A stretch of 64,000 bases of DNA from Candidatus Sericytochromatia bacterium (lineage in GTDB: Bacteria > Cyanobacteriota > Sericytochromatia > S15B-MN24 > JAQBPE01), in NCBI GenBank assembly GCA_035285125.1, contig JAYKHR010000165.1, positions 32,001 to 96,000 on the forward strand, read 5' to 3'. Every line of letters begins with the position of its first letter. The stretch's first letter is position 1. This document shows, piece after piece, positions 9,885 to 19,615 of this stretch. A model generated the notes under the pieces. That model was not told where the DNA came from. It worked only from the letters and a program-made list of their open reading frames with translations, and ran no database searches. A program made the translations under genes and the position numbers.

Positions 9885-10447
9885 CGCCCGCCCTCACCGC
9901 CGCGCGCGATGAGCGCGGGCTCCAGCGAGATGGCCCCCCGCACCCGCCCGCTCAGCTCGACGCGCCGCAGCGCCCGATCCGCCCGGAGCGTGGTCGCCGT
10001 CAGCCGGTTGGCGCCGTGCCAGAATGAGACGCCCCCCCCCGTCAGCAGCCGCCCCTCCGCCTGGTCCCACCGGGCATCCCGCGCGTCGACACCCGCCCGG
10101 CCATCCAGCGTACGCAACTGCAGCCCCCCGCCGAGACGAAGGTCGTGCGCCGCGTGATCGTAGGTGGCCCAGGGGGCAGAAGCCCGGGAGACCGGGCGCC
10201 CGCTTTCGTAGAACCGGGCCTCCACGCGCTCGAGCGACGCCACCTTCGGGCCCGCCCGGTAGTGGGCCCGGAAAGCGGCGACGGTCCACAGCGGCTGGCC
10301 GGCTGCCGTTTCGCTGAACTCAGGCTTCTCGAGCGTCACGCCAGGTCCGTCGGACGCGGACACCCCGCCCTCCGGCCCCGGAGCAGGGCGGCACGCAGCC
10401 AGCACCGCCGCCACCATCGAGAGGCCGAGCACCTTGGTCGCCCACAT
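9881..10447 (-). CDS. lptC: LptC-like protein (has a lipobox)
   Basis: 'G.PLW.V.A..A.Y','A.A..A.YD....L.L.GG' LptC pattern; LAA-C lipobox; upstream of lptA/lptB. Confidence 0.75.
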   Translation of the reverse strand: MWATKVLGLSMVAAVLAACRPAPGPEGGVSASDGPGVTLEKPEFSETAAGQPLWTVAAFRAHYRAGPKVASLERVEARFYESGRPVSRASAPWATYDHAAHDLRLGGGLQLRTLDGRAGVDARDARWDQAEGRLLTGGGVSFWHGANRLTATTLRADRALRRVELSGRVRGAISLEPALIARGGEGGR

Positions 10448-10450
10448 CGG

Positions 10451-10981
10451 CTACAGCAGGTCGCCGAGCCGTCGCGCGTAGGCCGCGCCGTAGGCCACGT
10501 AGTGTTCGCTGCCGGCCCGGATGCGGGCGACTTCCTCAGGTTTGAGGTCGCGGGCGATGCGGGCGGGCACTCCCACCAGCAACACGCCCGGCGGGTAGGC
10601 TTTGCCCTCCGGCACGAGGGCGCCGGCAGCGACGATCGAGCCCTCACCGATGCGACAACCATTGAGCAGGATCGCGCCGATCCCCACCAGGCTGCCGTCC
10701 CCAATGCTCGCGCCGTGCACCACGGCGCGGTGTCCAATGGTCACATCCGCCCCGATTGTGACGGGGAACCCCTCGTCCACGTGCACCACGGCACCGTCCT
10801 GCACGTTCGAGCGGGGACCGATGACGACGCGTTCCTGTTCAGCCCGAATCACCACCCCGAACCAGACGCTGGCGGCCGGGCCGATGCTGACGCGACCGAG
10901 AATCGTGGCATTCGGAGCAACAAAGGCCGTCTCGTCGATGATCACCTCATCGGTCAGTTCGAATGCATCGCTGTGGGCCAT
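10451..10981 (-). CDS. Gamma carbonic anhydrase family (hexapeptide repeat) protein
   Basis: 'AFVAPNATILGRV.IG..ASVWFG.VIR','SNVQDGAVVH','TIGHRAVVHG'; GAGGTG RBS before ATG 10981. Confidence 0.92.
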   Translation of the reverse strand: MAHSDAFELTDEVIIDETAFVAPNATILGRVSIGPAASVWFGVVIRAEQERVVIGPRSNVQDGAVVHVDEGFPVTIGADVTIGHRAVVHGASIGDGSLVGIGAILLNGCRIGEGSIVAAGALVPEGKAYPPGVLLVGVPARIARDLKPEEVARIRAGSEHYVAYGAAYARRLGDLL

Positions 10982-11083
10982 GGTCACCTCGGGCGCCATC
11001 CTATCACACGCACCCAGGGGGGACGCATTGACTTTGCCGACGGGCATGCCAGAAGATGACCCGACCCAAGCGACGGAGGTGAC

Positions 11084-11374
11084 GTGGTGATCGGTCCGGC
11101 AGACGTGCGACACGTGGCGAAGCTGGCGCGGCTCGACCTCGCCGAGCCGGAACTGGAGGCCCAAGCGACCCAGCTGGCGCGCATCCTCGGGTTCTTCGAG
11201 GCCATGAACGCGGTCGACACGACGGGCATCGCCATGACAGCCCACCCGTTCCCGGTCGTCAACGCGCTCCGAGAGGACCTCCCGCGTCCCTCGCTGCCCC
11301 GCGAGGATGTCCTGGCCGCCGCTCCCCATGCCGAGGCGGGGTGCTTCCGGGTGCCCAAAATCCTGGACGCCTGA
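11084..11374 (+). CDS. gatC: Asp/Glu-tRNA amidotransferase subunit C
   Basis: 'DVRHVAKLARL','LRED','FRVPKIL'. Confidence 0.95.
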   Translation: MVIGPADVRHVAKLARLDLAEPELEAQATQLARILGFFEAMNAVDTTGIAMTAHPFPVVNALREDLPRPSLPREDVLAAAPHAEAGCFRVPKILDA

Positions 11375-11412
11375 GGCGCCTCCCGCAGGCCTCCCGGACC
11401 CGAAAATGAGGT

Positions 11413-14352
11413 ATGCTGACGATGCATCCTCATCCTGTGCAGAGGCCGATGTCCCACGTCCGCACTCAGCCAGAGGCCATCCCCCTGGTGGCTGGTTTCT
11501 TCTTCGCCCTGACCACGGCGGTCGGGGTGCTGGCGTTTGCGTGGTTCCTCGTCACGAGTGGTGGCCTCGTGGCCTGGCTCCAGGCCGTGGGCGACGGCCA
11601 GGGCTGGGCTGACGCCAGCCGCGGCACCCTGCTAACCAGCCCCACCTTCCAGATGCTGGTGGCGATGGGGCTCATCGCCGAGCTCACCCACATCCCGCTG
11701 CCGAAGGGTGGGCGCATGACGGCGGGCTTCCTGATCGGCTTTGCCACCCTGCTGATGCTGGGCCTCGAGGCTGCCGTCGGCGTGGTCGCGCTGGTCAACA
11801 TCCTGACGATGTGGGTGCCTCCGCGCCGGGGTGTGGCCGCCGGGTTTTTCAACACGGGTCAGCTCGCCCTGGCTTATGCCGCCGCCAACTGGGCGCTGAC
11901 CCAGGGGCACGTCTACATCTACGGCTACCCGGGCGCCGACGACCAGCCCTACGTGGCAGGTGCCGCGGTGGCCTTCCTGGCCGTCAACTTCCTCGTAGTG
12001 GACACCCACCTGGGGCTGCAGCGCCGCGCGGCCCCCTGGCGCATCCTCTGGGAGGACGACCGGGCTGAGATCTTCGTCACGCTGGCGATGACCCCGATGG
12101 CATTCCTGATGGCCTACATGCACCAGGTCCAGGGGTGGGGTGGCACGGTGTTCGTGCTGCTGCCCGTGCTGCTGGCCGCTTATGGCGTGCGGCTGTACTT
12201 CCGCCTCAAGCGGTCGGAGGCCGAGCTGGCGGAGTACAACCAGCAGCTGACCATCCTGCAGCAGGTGGCGACGCGCATCTCGAGCCAGATCGAGCTGGCT
12301 CAGACGCTGTCCCTCATCACCCAGGAAATGCGCCAGGTGGTGGGACACCACGAGAGCCTGATCTTCCTGGTCGACGGGGCCACGGGGATGCTGGTCCAGC
12401 AGGCGACGTCTGGGGCCAAGGCGCTCCAGCTGCCGCTTGAGCACGGGCTGCTGGGGGAGGTGGCACGCGAGCGCCGTTCAGCGCGGGTCGACGACCTGGC
12501 GGCAGGGCACCTGGACGTCGGCGTGCTGGCGGGCTTCCGATCGCTGCTCGCGGTGCCGGTGGCCACGGACCAGGAGGTGCTGGGCGTCATCGCGGTGCTT
12601 CATCAGAACCCGGGCGCGTTCGACGGCGGCACGGAGCGGCTGCTTGACATCCTGGCCTCCCAGGCGGCCGTTGCGATCAAGAACGCTCAGCTGTACCGGG
12701 CGACGCAGCAGCTGGCCGTCACGGATGGCCTGACCCAGGTCTACAACCGACGCTACTTCGAGGAGCAGCTGCGGGCCGAGCTCGAGCGCGCCCGCCGCCA
12801 GCAGCTCACGACCTCGCTGGTCGTGCTGGACGTGGACCACTTCAAGAAGTTCAACGACACCCACGGCCACCTGCTCGGCGACCAGGTGCTGCAGGGGGTG
12901 GCCCGCATCCTGCTCAAGAGCGTCCGCGAGACCGACATGGTGGCACGTTACGGCGGTGAAGAGTTCGTCGTCATCCTGCCCGAGACGCCACCAGCCGCCG
13001 CGGTGGAGGTGGCCGAGCGCATCCGTCGCAACATCAAGAGCCACCCCTTCTGGGGCCGCGGACAGACCCCCCTGGAGGTGACGGCCAGCCTGGGCGTCTG
13101 CGCCGACCTCCACAGCGTGCTGGAGGCCCACCCGCTGTTCGAGCAGGCGGACCGCTGCCTGTACCAGGCCAAGGCAGAGGGCCGCGACCGGGTGTGCCAG
13201 GTCACCTTCGTGGCCGATCAACCGACCGAAATCCTGACCTCCCGCCAGGAGCGTCCCAAGGACCCGACCGTCCGGCGCAAGATGCGCACCTTGCAGCACA
13301 TCTCGACGGAGGAGTGGGAGCGCTACCTCCGGGGCAACTTCGAGGCGACGCTGCAGGCCTGGTGGGAGGAGCCAGCCGTGCACGGCGCGCTTGAGGGAGG
13401 CAAGGCGTTCTGGGGCGAGCTCACGGAGTCCTTCGTCGAGGCCGTGTTGCGCAAGCTGAACAGCACGGAAGACGAGCGCAACGGCTGGCTCGAGCGCTTC
13501 CAGGCCTTCCCCGTCTACCGGGACGTCCAGGCTGAACTGGGGCGGCTCATCCAGACGGGCGTCTCGATCACGGCCATGGAGACGGCGATCCTGTCGTTGT
13601 ACAAGCGCACCCAGTCGCTGATCCAGGGGGCCCCCTTCCCCCTCGAGGAGCGCATCACCGTCGGCATCATCCAAGAGCGCCTGTTCCACGTGCTGCAGCT
13701 CATGGTCTCGCAGGTATGGCACGACTTCTTCCAGGCCACCGTGGAGCACCTCGATCGCGTGGCGGAGCTCGAAGCGAGGCTGGGCCCCCTGGCCGATCCG
13801 GCCGTGGTGATGCGGGAACTGGCCCAGCTGACGGCCAGAGCCGTTCGGGCCGACGCGTGTCTGGTGCTGCAACCGGACCCCGCAGGCGAGGCGCTTGATG
13901 TGATCAGCGCCTGGGGTCTGCACGCCTGGCAAGAGCTTCCCCCGCTGCCCGTCGGGGCGAGCCTCAGCGGGCACTGCTACACCACGGTGGAGGCCTGCGT
14001 CGTGGGTGACGTCCACGCGGACCCGCGCTTGAACGAGTCGTTCCACCGCGTCCTGGAGACGGAGCGGCCCGTGCGCGCGGCCCTGATGCTGCCGCTCGCG
14101 ACCGAGGGGGCGGCAGTTGGCGTGCTGTACTGCCTGAGCGAACACCTGCACCACTTCACGCCCCTCGACGCACGCCTCGGCCACACCATCGCGGCGCGTC
14201 TGGGCTTGGCCCTCGCCCGACGCCGTCGGGAAGCCAACCAGGGCCAGGGCCGGGTGGCAGAGGCGCTGTCGCTGCTACGCGAGGACTCGGGCGTGCCGGC
14301 CGAGTTGGTGGCGCGGGTCGCGGCCGTGCTGAGCGATCCGCCCCCGCGCTGA
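11413..14352 (+). CDS. Membrane diguanylate cyclase: multi-TM sensor, GAF, GGDEF, helical domain, second GAF
   Basis: About 7 TM helices; 'TDGLTQVYNRR','DVDHFKKFNDTHGHLLGDQVL','RETDMVARYGGEEF' (intact active site and I-site); two GAF-like segments; start may be 11449. Confidence 0.9.
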   Translation: MLTMHPHPVQRPMSHVRTQPEAIPLVAGFFFALTTAVGVLAFAWFLVTSGGLVAWLQAVGDGQGWADASRGTLLTSPTFQMLVAMGLIAELTHIPLPKGGRMTAGFLIGFATLLMLGLEAAVGVVALVNILTMWVPPRRGVAAGFFNTGQLALAYAAANWALTQGHVYIYGYPGADDQPYVAGAAVAFLAVNFLVVDTHLGLQRRAAPWRILWEDDRAEIFVTLAMTPMAFLMAYMHQVQGWGGTVFVLLPVLLAAYGVRLYFRLKRSEAELAEYNQQLTILQQVATRISSQIELAQTLSLITQEMRQVVGHHESLIFLVDGATGMLVQQATSGAKALQLPLEHGLLGEVARERRSARVDDLAAGHLDVGVLAGFRSLLAVPVATDQEVLGVIAVLHQNPGAFDGGTERLLDILASQAAVAIKNAQLYRATQQLAVTDGLTQVYNRRYFEEQLRAELERARRQQLTTSLVVLDVDHFKKFNDTHGHLLGDQVLQGVARILLKSVRETDMVARYGGEEFVVILPETPPAAAVEVAERIRRNIKSHPFWGRGQTPLEVTASLGVCADLHSVLEAHPLFEQADRCLYQAKAEGRDRVCQVTFVADQPTEILTSRQERPKDPTVRRKMRTLQHISTEEWERYLRGNFEATLQAWWEEPAVHGALEGGKAFWGELTESFVEAVLRKLNSTEDERNGWLERFQAFPVYRDVQAELGRLIQTGVSITAMETAILSLYKRTQSLIQGAPFPLEERITVGIIQERLFHVLQLMVSQVWHDFFQATVEHLDRVAELEARLGPLADPAVVMRELAQLTARAVRADACLVLQPDPAGEALDVISAWGLHAWQELPPLPVGASLSGHCYTTVEACVVGDVHADPRLNESFHRVLETERPVRAALMLPLATEGAAVGVLYCLSEHLHHFTPLDARLGHTIAARLGLALARRRREANQGQGRVAEALSLLREDSGVPAELVARVAAVLSDPPPR

Positions 14353-14385
14353 GGCAGGGCAGCCCGAAGCGGGTACAGGTGTGGC

Positions 14386-15612
14386 GTGATGAGGCACTGG
14401 AGACTGCTCGCGGCATTTGTCGCATTGGCTGCAGCCGCGTTCGGAGGGCCCCGGGCGGGGGCGCAAGCAGCAACCTCGCCGCCTCCAGCCGAGGCGAGCG
14501 CGGCCGTCCTGCCGGGGGGAGCCCGGTGGCTCGTGGCAGGGCCAGCGGAGGTGCTGGAAACGACGCTGGAGTGCTGGCTGCCAGCCGGGTCGGGCCAGTT
14601 GGGGGGGGCGGCGGCCCCGGCTGCGGCGGCGGCGGTCCTGAACGCCCTCAAGGCCACGCTGCCTCCCCGCGCCAGCGCGGAGGTGGAACTCACCACCGCC
14701 CATGTCCGGTTCGTGATCAGGGCGGCAGCGCCCGAAGCCGTGCGGGTGGCGGCAAGCCTGCCAGAGGCTGTCCTCACCAGCCCTTCCCTGCCCACAGCCT
14801 GGCAGCTGCCCCCGCCGCGCTGGCTGCACGCGGCCAGCCTCGGCCCCTGGATCGCGGGTGAGGAGGGAGCCCCCGCTGACGTGGCCGCCTTCCATCGCCG
14901 TCACTACCGCGCAGACGCGCTGGTGCTGGTGTTGGGCGGGCACGCCGCCCCGGCGTCGGTGCGCGAGGCGCTGGCCGAAGCGCTGGCCCGCCGAGCAGCG
15001 GTGCCCCCGGACGCCCAGGGCTCGGCAGCAGTGGCCTCCCAGGCCGCCTCGTCGTCACCCGACGGGGGCACCTTGCCGCAGGGCACGGCGACCGAGACGC
15101 TCGGAGCCGCGTCGGCCCCGCAGCAGCCCTCCGCCGGACGTTGGGCCTGCATCTCGGTCGAAGGTCCCGCGCCTGAGGCCTGGACCGAGACGGCTGCACT
15201 GGCGGTGGCCGGCGAGGTGCTCGCCCACAGGCTGGGCGCCACCCTGCAGCGCCCTGTTCACGTCGCGTTGGAGGCCTGGCCCGGGCGCACCTGGCTGCTC
15301 ATCGCTGCGGAAGCCCCTCCACCAGACGTCGAGGCGACCATCACCACGCAGCTCGCCGCCTTGCGGGACGACACCGTGGACCTCTCCGAACTCGAGCAAG
15401 CCCGCCGCCGGGTCCGCGCCACCCTGGGCGACCCGGGCCACGAGGCCGGGGCGCGGCGCCGGGCTTTGGGCTGGGAGGCCCTGTCGGGGTTGCCGGGCGG
15501 CACCGGACACGCCCTCACCGCCCTCGCGCAGCTCGGTCGAGCCGAGGTGCAGGCGGCGGCCCAGCGGTTTTGCTGCGGGGCGGGGCTTCGCCTCAGGCTT
15601 CCCGGGAGCTGA
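14386..15612 (+). CDS. Exported, degenerate M16 (insulinase) family protein
   Basis: Signal peptide; 'ADVAAFHRRHYRADALVLVLGG','ELEQARRR','AEVQAAAQRF'; no HxxEH motif. Confidence 0.6.
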   Translation: MMRHWRLLAAFVALAAAAFGGPRAGAQAATSPPPAEASAAVLPGGARWLVAGPAEVLETTLECWLPAGSGQLGGAAAPAAAAAVLNALKATLPPRASAEVELTTAHVRFVIRAAAPEAVRVAASLPEAVLTSPSLPTAWQLPPPRWLHAASLGPWIAGEEGAPADVAAFHRRHYRADALVLVLGGHAAPASVREALAEALARRAAVPPDAQGSAAVASQAASSSPDGGTLPQGTATETLGAASAPQQPSAGRWACISVEGPAPEAWTETAALAVAGEVLAHRLGATLQRPVHVALEAWPGRTWLLIAAEAPPPDVEATITTQLAALRDDTVDLSELEQARRRVRATLGDPGHEAGARRRALGWEALSGLPGGTGHALTALAQLGRAEVQAAAQRFCCGAGLRLRLPGS

Positions 15613-16234
15613 GGGCCGGCAGCGGCGCCCGTGTCGCCGCCGCCAGCCACACGGTGGTCGCCCCGGAGTCGCTCAGGGCGGCGGCACAGGCTGCAGCCGT
15701 GGCCCCCGTGGTGAGCACATCGTCCACCAGCAACACGCGGGCCCCCGCCACGGCAGCGCTGCCACCAAAAGCCCCTGCCACGGCCACCGTCCGAGCCGCC
15801 GGGGCCAGGCCGTGTAGCGGCGGGGTGGGGCGGGTGCGCCGCAGCGCCCGCGCCAGCGTCCACCCGCTGGCGCGGGCCACGGCCCGGGCGAGCCGCTCGG
15901 CCTGGTTGAAGCCTCGTGCGCGGTGGCGGTCGCGGTGAAGCGGCACAGGCACGACCAACCAGGGCCCGGCCGGCCACCCCGGCGACGCCAGCAGGCGCTG
16001 CGCGAGGATGCGCGCCGCCCCGCGGTGCCCTCGGTACTTGCAAGCCCGCACGAGCTCCCGGGCAGGGCCCGCGTGCAGGGCCCCGACCACGAGGCCTTGC
16101 AGCCCGAACGGCGGCGGGCCGTCGGGGGCCGACGGCCACGCCGCCGCACAAGGACCGCAGAGTCCGCCAGGCGCCGACCACGTGCGGCAAGCCACACAGC
16201 GACCCCGAAAGAGCCAGGCCCACGGCCCGCTCAC
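15593..16234 (-). CDS. comF: ComF family phosphoribosyltransferase-like protein
   Basis: CVAC..LCGPC Zn ribbon, KYRG, VPVPLH..R..RGFNQA, LLVDDVLTTGAT; GTG overlaps the VanZ stop. Confidence 0.9.
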   Translation of the reverse strand: MSGPWAWLFRGRCVACRTWSAPGGLCGPCAAAWPSAPDGPPPFGLQGLVVGALHAGPARELVRACKYRGHRGAARILAQRLLASPGWPAGPWLVVPVPLHRDRHRARGFNQAERLARAVARASGWTLARALRRTRPTPPLHGLAPAARTVAVAGAFGGSAAVAGARVLLVDDVLTTGATAAACAAALSDSGATTVWLAAATRAPLPALSSREA

Positions 16235-16689
16235 CGGCGCCTCCGGGCGCGCTCGAGGCCCTGACCAGCGAGGGCGGCTGCCGCCGCGCCCACGCCGTCG
16301 ATCACCACGTCCGCGGGGGTCCCAACCCGGTTCGGAACGAAGGCCTGGTGCCACTCGTCGGTCGCAGCCCAGGCCACGGCAAGGCCCCAGGCGGTCGCCC
16401 AGCGGCGCTGGCCGGGCCGCAACGCCCACCCGAGGAGGGCAGCCAGCACGGCATACTCGCTCAGGTGGCCGAGCTTCCGGATGGCAAACTGCATCGCCGC
16501 CAGGCCAGGCGGCTCGGCCGAGAGCCCGATCAACCCGAGCAGCCAAGTGACCAGGGCGGAGCTGTGCTCGCCCGAGTTCGACTGGGCCGACAGGAGGTAG
16601 ATGAGGGCCATCCAGGCCAGCACGCTGCCCCACCGGACCCAGCGCGGCACGTCAGCGGCCCGCCCAGCCAACCTCACGAACGCTTGCAT
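16231..16689 (-). CDS. VanZ family membrane protein
   Basis: 'WMALIYLLSAQ','IRKLGHLSEYAVL','A.TDEWHQAFVPNR.G...DV.ID..G'. Confidence 0.9.
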   Translation of the reverse strand: MQAFVRLAGRAADVPRWVRWGSVLAWMALIYLLSAQSNSGEHSSALVTWLLGLIGLSAEPPGLAAMQFAIRKLGHLSEYAVLAALLGWALRPGQRRWATAWGLAVAWAATDEWHQAFVPNRVGTPADVVIDGVGAAAAALAGQGLERARRRR

Positions 16690-16746
16690 CGCCCCCCCTT
16701 TCGCTGCACGCCCCCCCGCTCTAGGCGACGGGCTCGACCTCATTGA

Positions 16747-16928
16747 CGCGCCATCGCCAGCCCGGTTCGGCCACGGAAGCGACGCTGGCTCGACCCCTCG
16801 GGGGGTACACCACTCCCCGAGGGGTGCGGTCCACCGCCTTGTGGCGCGCTCAGGGCCCCAAGGTAACACGCGATCAGGGCTGGGAAGCCATCACCGCGTG
16901 TACAGGGGCCATTCGCAACACCCTGAGC
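16747..16928. other. Candidate structured non-coding element
   Basis: Nested complementary segments forming a four-way junction plus a long hairpin (see findings); family not recognised. Confidence 0.35.
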
Positions 16929-16936
16929 CGGTTCCC

Positions 16937-16966
16937 TTGCGGTTTTTCAGGTCTGGTTGGTATGAT
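16937..16966 (+). promoter_or_regulatory. Sigma70-type promoter of rpsA
   Basis: TTGCGG-18 nt-TATGAT with extended TGG. Confidence 0.6.
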
Positions 16967-17103
16967 GCTCGTGCCCCGTCGTGCGTCCGCGCGACGCCCT
17001 CCCCCAGCGCCCCGCTGAATCGAGGCGCGCCACGTCCCCACCTCACTGGGCCTGAGTCCGGGTGACGCGATCAACAACATCACGAGCAAGGGACCCTAAC
17101 CGC

Positions 17104-18222
17104 ATGCCGCAAGTGGACGACACCCTCGAATTTGGTCACATCGATTACGAATCGACGTTCCGGAACCTCCAGCAGGGGGACATCGTGAATGGCTTCGTGA
17201 TCAAGGTCGGCCCGGACGAAGTCCTGGTCGATGTGGGCGGCAAGTCGGAAGGCGTCATCCCCATCCGCGAGCTGTCCAGCACCCCCGTCAGCAACCCCTC
17301 CGAGTTCGTGCAGGTGGGTGATGAGCTTGAGCTCTACATCCTGCGCGAGGAGAACGAAGATGGGCAGCTCACGCTCTCCAAGAAGCGCGTGGATCAGGCC
17401 CGCGGCTGGATTCAGGCCGTCAAGGACCACGAGTCCGAGGCAACCATCAACGCGCCCGTCAAGGACGTCGTCAAGGGCGGCGTCATCGTCGACTGCTACA
17501 AGCTCCGGGGCTTCGTGCCCGCGTCGCAGCTTCGGACCAAGGGCCCTCACGAGGAGCTGATCGGTCAGGAACTGCCGCTCAAGATCATCGAGGTCGACCA
17601 GCGCCGGAACAAGTTGATCCTGTCGCACCGTCAGGCGATCGCCGCGGAGAAGGGCAAGCAGCGTTCCGAGACGCTCGCGTCGCTCGACGTGGGACAGATT
17701 GTCGAGGGCAAGGTCGTGCGGATCGCCGACTTCGGCGCCTTCATCGACCTGGGCGGCATCGACGGCCTGCTGCCGATCTCCGAGATTTCGTGGCAGCGCA
17801 TTCAGCACCCTTCGGACGTGCTGAAGATTGGCGACGACCTCACGCTCAAGGTCCTCAAGGTCGACCGGGACAGCCACAAGATCTCGCTGTCGCTCAAGCA
17901 ACTGCAGCCTGACCCCTGGACCACGCTCGCCGAGCGGTTCCGTGAGGGTGAGGTCATCGAGGGCCGCGTGACGAAGCTCGCCTCCTTCGGCGCCTTCGTC
18001 GAGATCGAGCCTGGCGTCGAGGCGCTCCTCCCCACGGCCGAAATGTCCGAGCGGCAGGTGAAGCCTGAAGAGGTGGTCAACGTCGGTCAGGAGATTCGCG
18101 CTGTGATCAAGCGGTTCCGCCCCGAGGACCGTCGCATCTCCCTGAGCCTGCGGGACATCGCGCAAGACATCACGGCCGCCGGCTACGATGAGGATGTCAA
18201 TGGGACGTCGGACGAGGAGTAA
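17104..18222 (+). CDS. rpsA: 30S ribosomal protein S1 (four S1 domains)
   Basis: 'VDVGGKSEGVIP','GFVPASQL','FGAFIDLGGIDGLL.ISEISW','RISLSLR'; alternative GTG start at 17062. Confidence 0.95.
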   Translation: MPQVDDTLEFGHIDYESTFRNLQQGDIVNGFVIKVGPDEVLVDVGGKSEGVIPIRELSSTPVSNPSEFVQVGDELELYILREENEDGQLTLSKKRVDQARGWIQAVKDHESEATINAPVKDVVKGGVIVDCYKLRGFVPASQLRTKGPHEELIGQELPLKIIEVDQRRNKLILSHRQAIAAEKGKQRSETLASLDVGQIVEGKVVRIADFGAFIDLGGIDGLLPISEISWQRIQHPSDVLKIGDDLTLKVLKVDRDSHKISLSLKQLQPDPWTTLAERFREGEVIEGRVTKLASFGAFVEIEPGVEALLPTAEMSERQVKPEEVVNVGQEIRAVIKRFRPEDRRISLSLRDIAQDITAAGYDEDVNGTSDEE

Positions 18223-19606
18223 GCCGCAGGGCGGTCACATATCCTCGGTCGAGCCGGGCAGCATTGCTGCCCGGCTCGAAATCCGTGCGGGAGACAAGCT
18301 CCTGTCGGTGAACGGCCGCACCCTGCGCGACATCATCGACTACCGCTACGAGATTGCCGAGCCGTGGGTGCACCTGCGCCTGCGCCGCGGGGACGCGATC
18401 ATCACCCGGCAGACAGAGAAGGAGATCGACGAGGACCTCGGCCTGCAGTTCGAGCTGGCCGTCTTCGACAACATCATCGAGTGCCACAACAAGTGCTCGT
18501 TCTGCTTCATCCACCAGATGGCACGGGGCCTGCGGCACTCGCTCTACATCATGGACGATGACTACAGGCTCAGCTTCCTGCAAGGCAACTTCGTCACGCT
18601 GACCAACCTCAAGCCGCAGGACTGGAAGCGCATTTACCAGGACCGCCTCAGCCCGATCAACGTCTCGGTCCACAGCACGAACCCCAGCCTGCGAGCCGAG
18701 ATGATCAAGCACCCACGCGGTGGGGACATCAAGGCCCACCTGCGGCGGCTCGCTCGGCACGGCATCGACTTCCACGCCCAGATCGTTTTTTGCCCCGGCT
18801 TCAACGACGGCGCCGAACTCGACCGCACGCTGCGGGACCTGGAGGCCTTCAAGCCCAACCTGCTCTCCGTGGCCATCGTGCCCGTCGGCCTGACGCAGTT
18901 CCGCAAGTACCTGCCTCAACTGACGAGCGTGACCCCCGACCTCGCTCGCGAGACGATCAAGCAGGTCAAGGCGTGGCAACGCCACTACCAGGCCCGCTGG
19001 GGCGACCCGACGGTGCGGCTGGGGGACGAGTTTTACGTCATGGCTGAGGTGCCCATGCCAGGGCACGGGCACTATGGCGACTACTGGCAGCTAGGAGACG
19101 GTGTCGGGGGCGGCGCGCTGCTTGCGCACGAGTTCAAGCGCCTCGCGAAGCACCTTCCAAAGTCCATGGCGCGGCCTCGACGCGTCACCGTCGTGACGGG
19201 CCAGGCGGCTGAGCGCCTTCTGCGCCCTCTCGTGGACCGGCTCAACGATATCGACGGGCTCGAGGTCGACATGCAGACCCTGGTGAGCCCCTTCTGGGGC
19301 CCCGAGATCACCGTCACTGGCCTGCTCACCTACCACGACCTCACCACCGGGCTCGCAGGCCGAGACCTGGGTGACGCCGTCGTCATCTCCCAGGTCATGC
19401 TGAAGGACGGCACGGACCTGCTGCTGGACGGCAAGCGTGTGCCCGATCTGGCCGAGGCGCTCGGGGTGCCGGTCCTCGCCGTCGAGAACTCGGCTCGCGG
19501 CCTCGTCGCCGGCGCACTCGGCACCCACGAGGGTGCGTTGCGCGGCGGCGAACACGCATACCACGGCCCCTACGAGCCGAACCTGCCACTCGCGGCCCTC
19601 AACTGA
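18200..19606 (+). CDS. PDZ + DUF512 radical SAM protein (TIGR03279-like)
   Basis: 'VEPGSIA','CHNKCSFCFIHQ','DDDYRLSFLQGNFVTLTN','VPVGLT','VTGLLT'; overlaps the rpsA 3' end. Confidence 0.9.
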   Translation: MGRRTRSKPQGGHISSVEPGSIAARLEIRAGDKLLSVNGRTLRDIIDYRYEIAEPWVHLRLRRGDAIITRQTEKEIDEDLGLQFELAVFDNIIECHNKCSFCFIHQMARGLRHSLYIMDDDYRLSFLQGNFVTLTNLKPQDWKRIYQDRLSPINVSVHSTNPSLRAEMIKHPRGGDIKAHLRRLARHGIDFHAQIVFCPGFNDGAELDRTLRDLEAFKPNLLSVAIVPVGLTQFRKYLPQLTSVTPDLARETIKQVKAWQRHYQARWGDPTVRLGDEFYVMAEVPMPGHGHYGDYWQLGDGVGGGALLAHEFKRLAKHLPKSMARPRRVTVVTGQAAERLLRPLVDRLNDIDGLEVDMQTLVSPFWGPEITVTGLLTYHDLTTGLAGRDLGDAVVISQVMLKDGTDLLLDGKRVPDLAEALGVPVLAVENSARGLVAGALGTHEGALRGGEHAYHGPYEPNLPLAALN

Positions 19607-19615
19607 GTTTGGGCC

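Noticed and set aside
16756..16789. SRP RNA
   Set aside because: Has CCGG/AGCG rather than the invariant CAGG/AGCA and no GNRA loop; kept only as an unknown structured element
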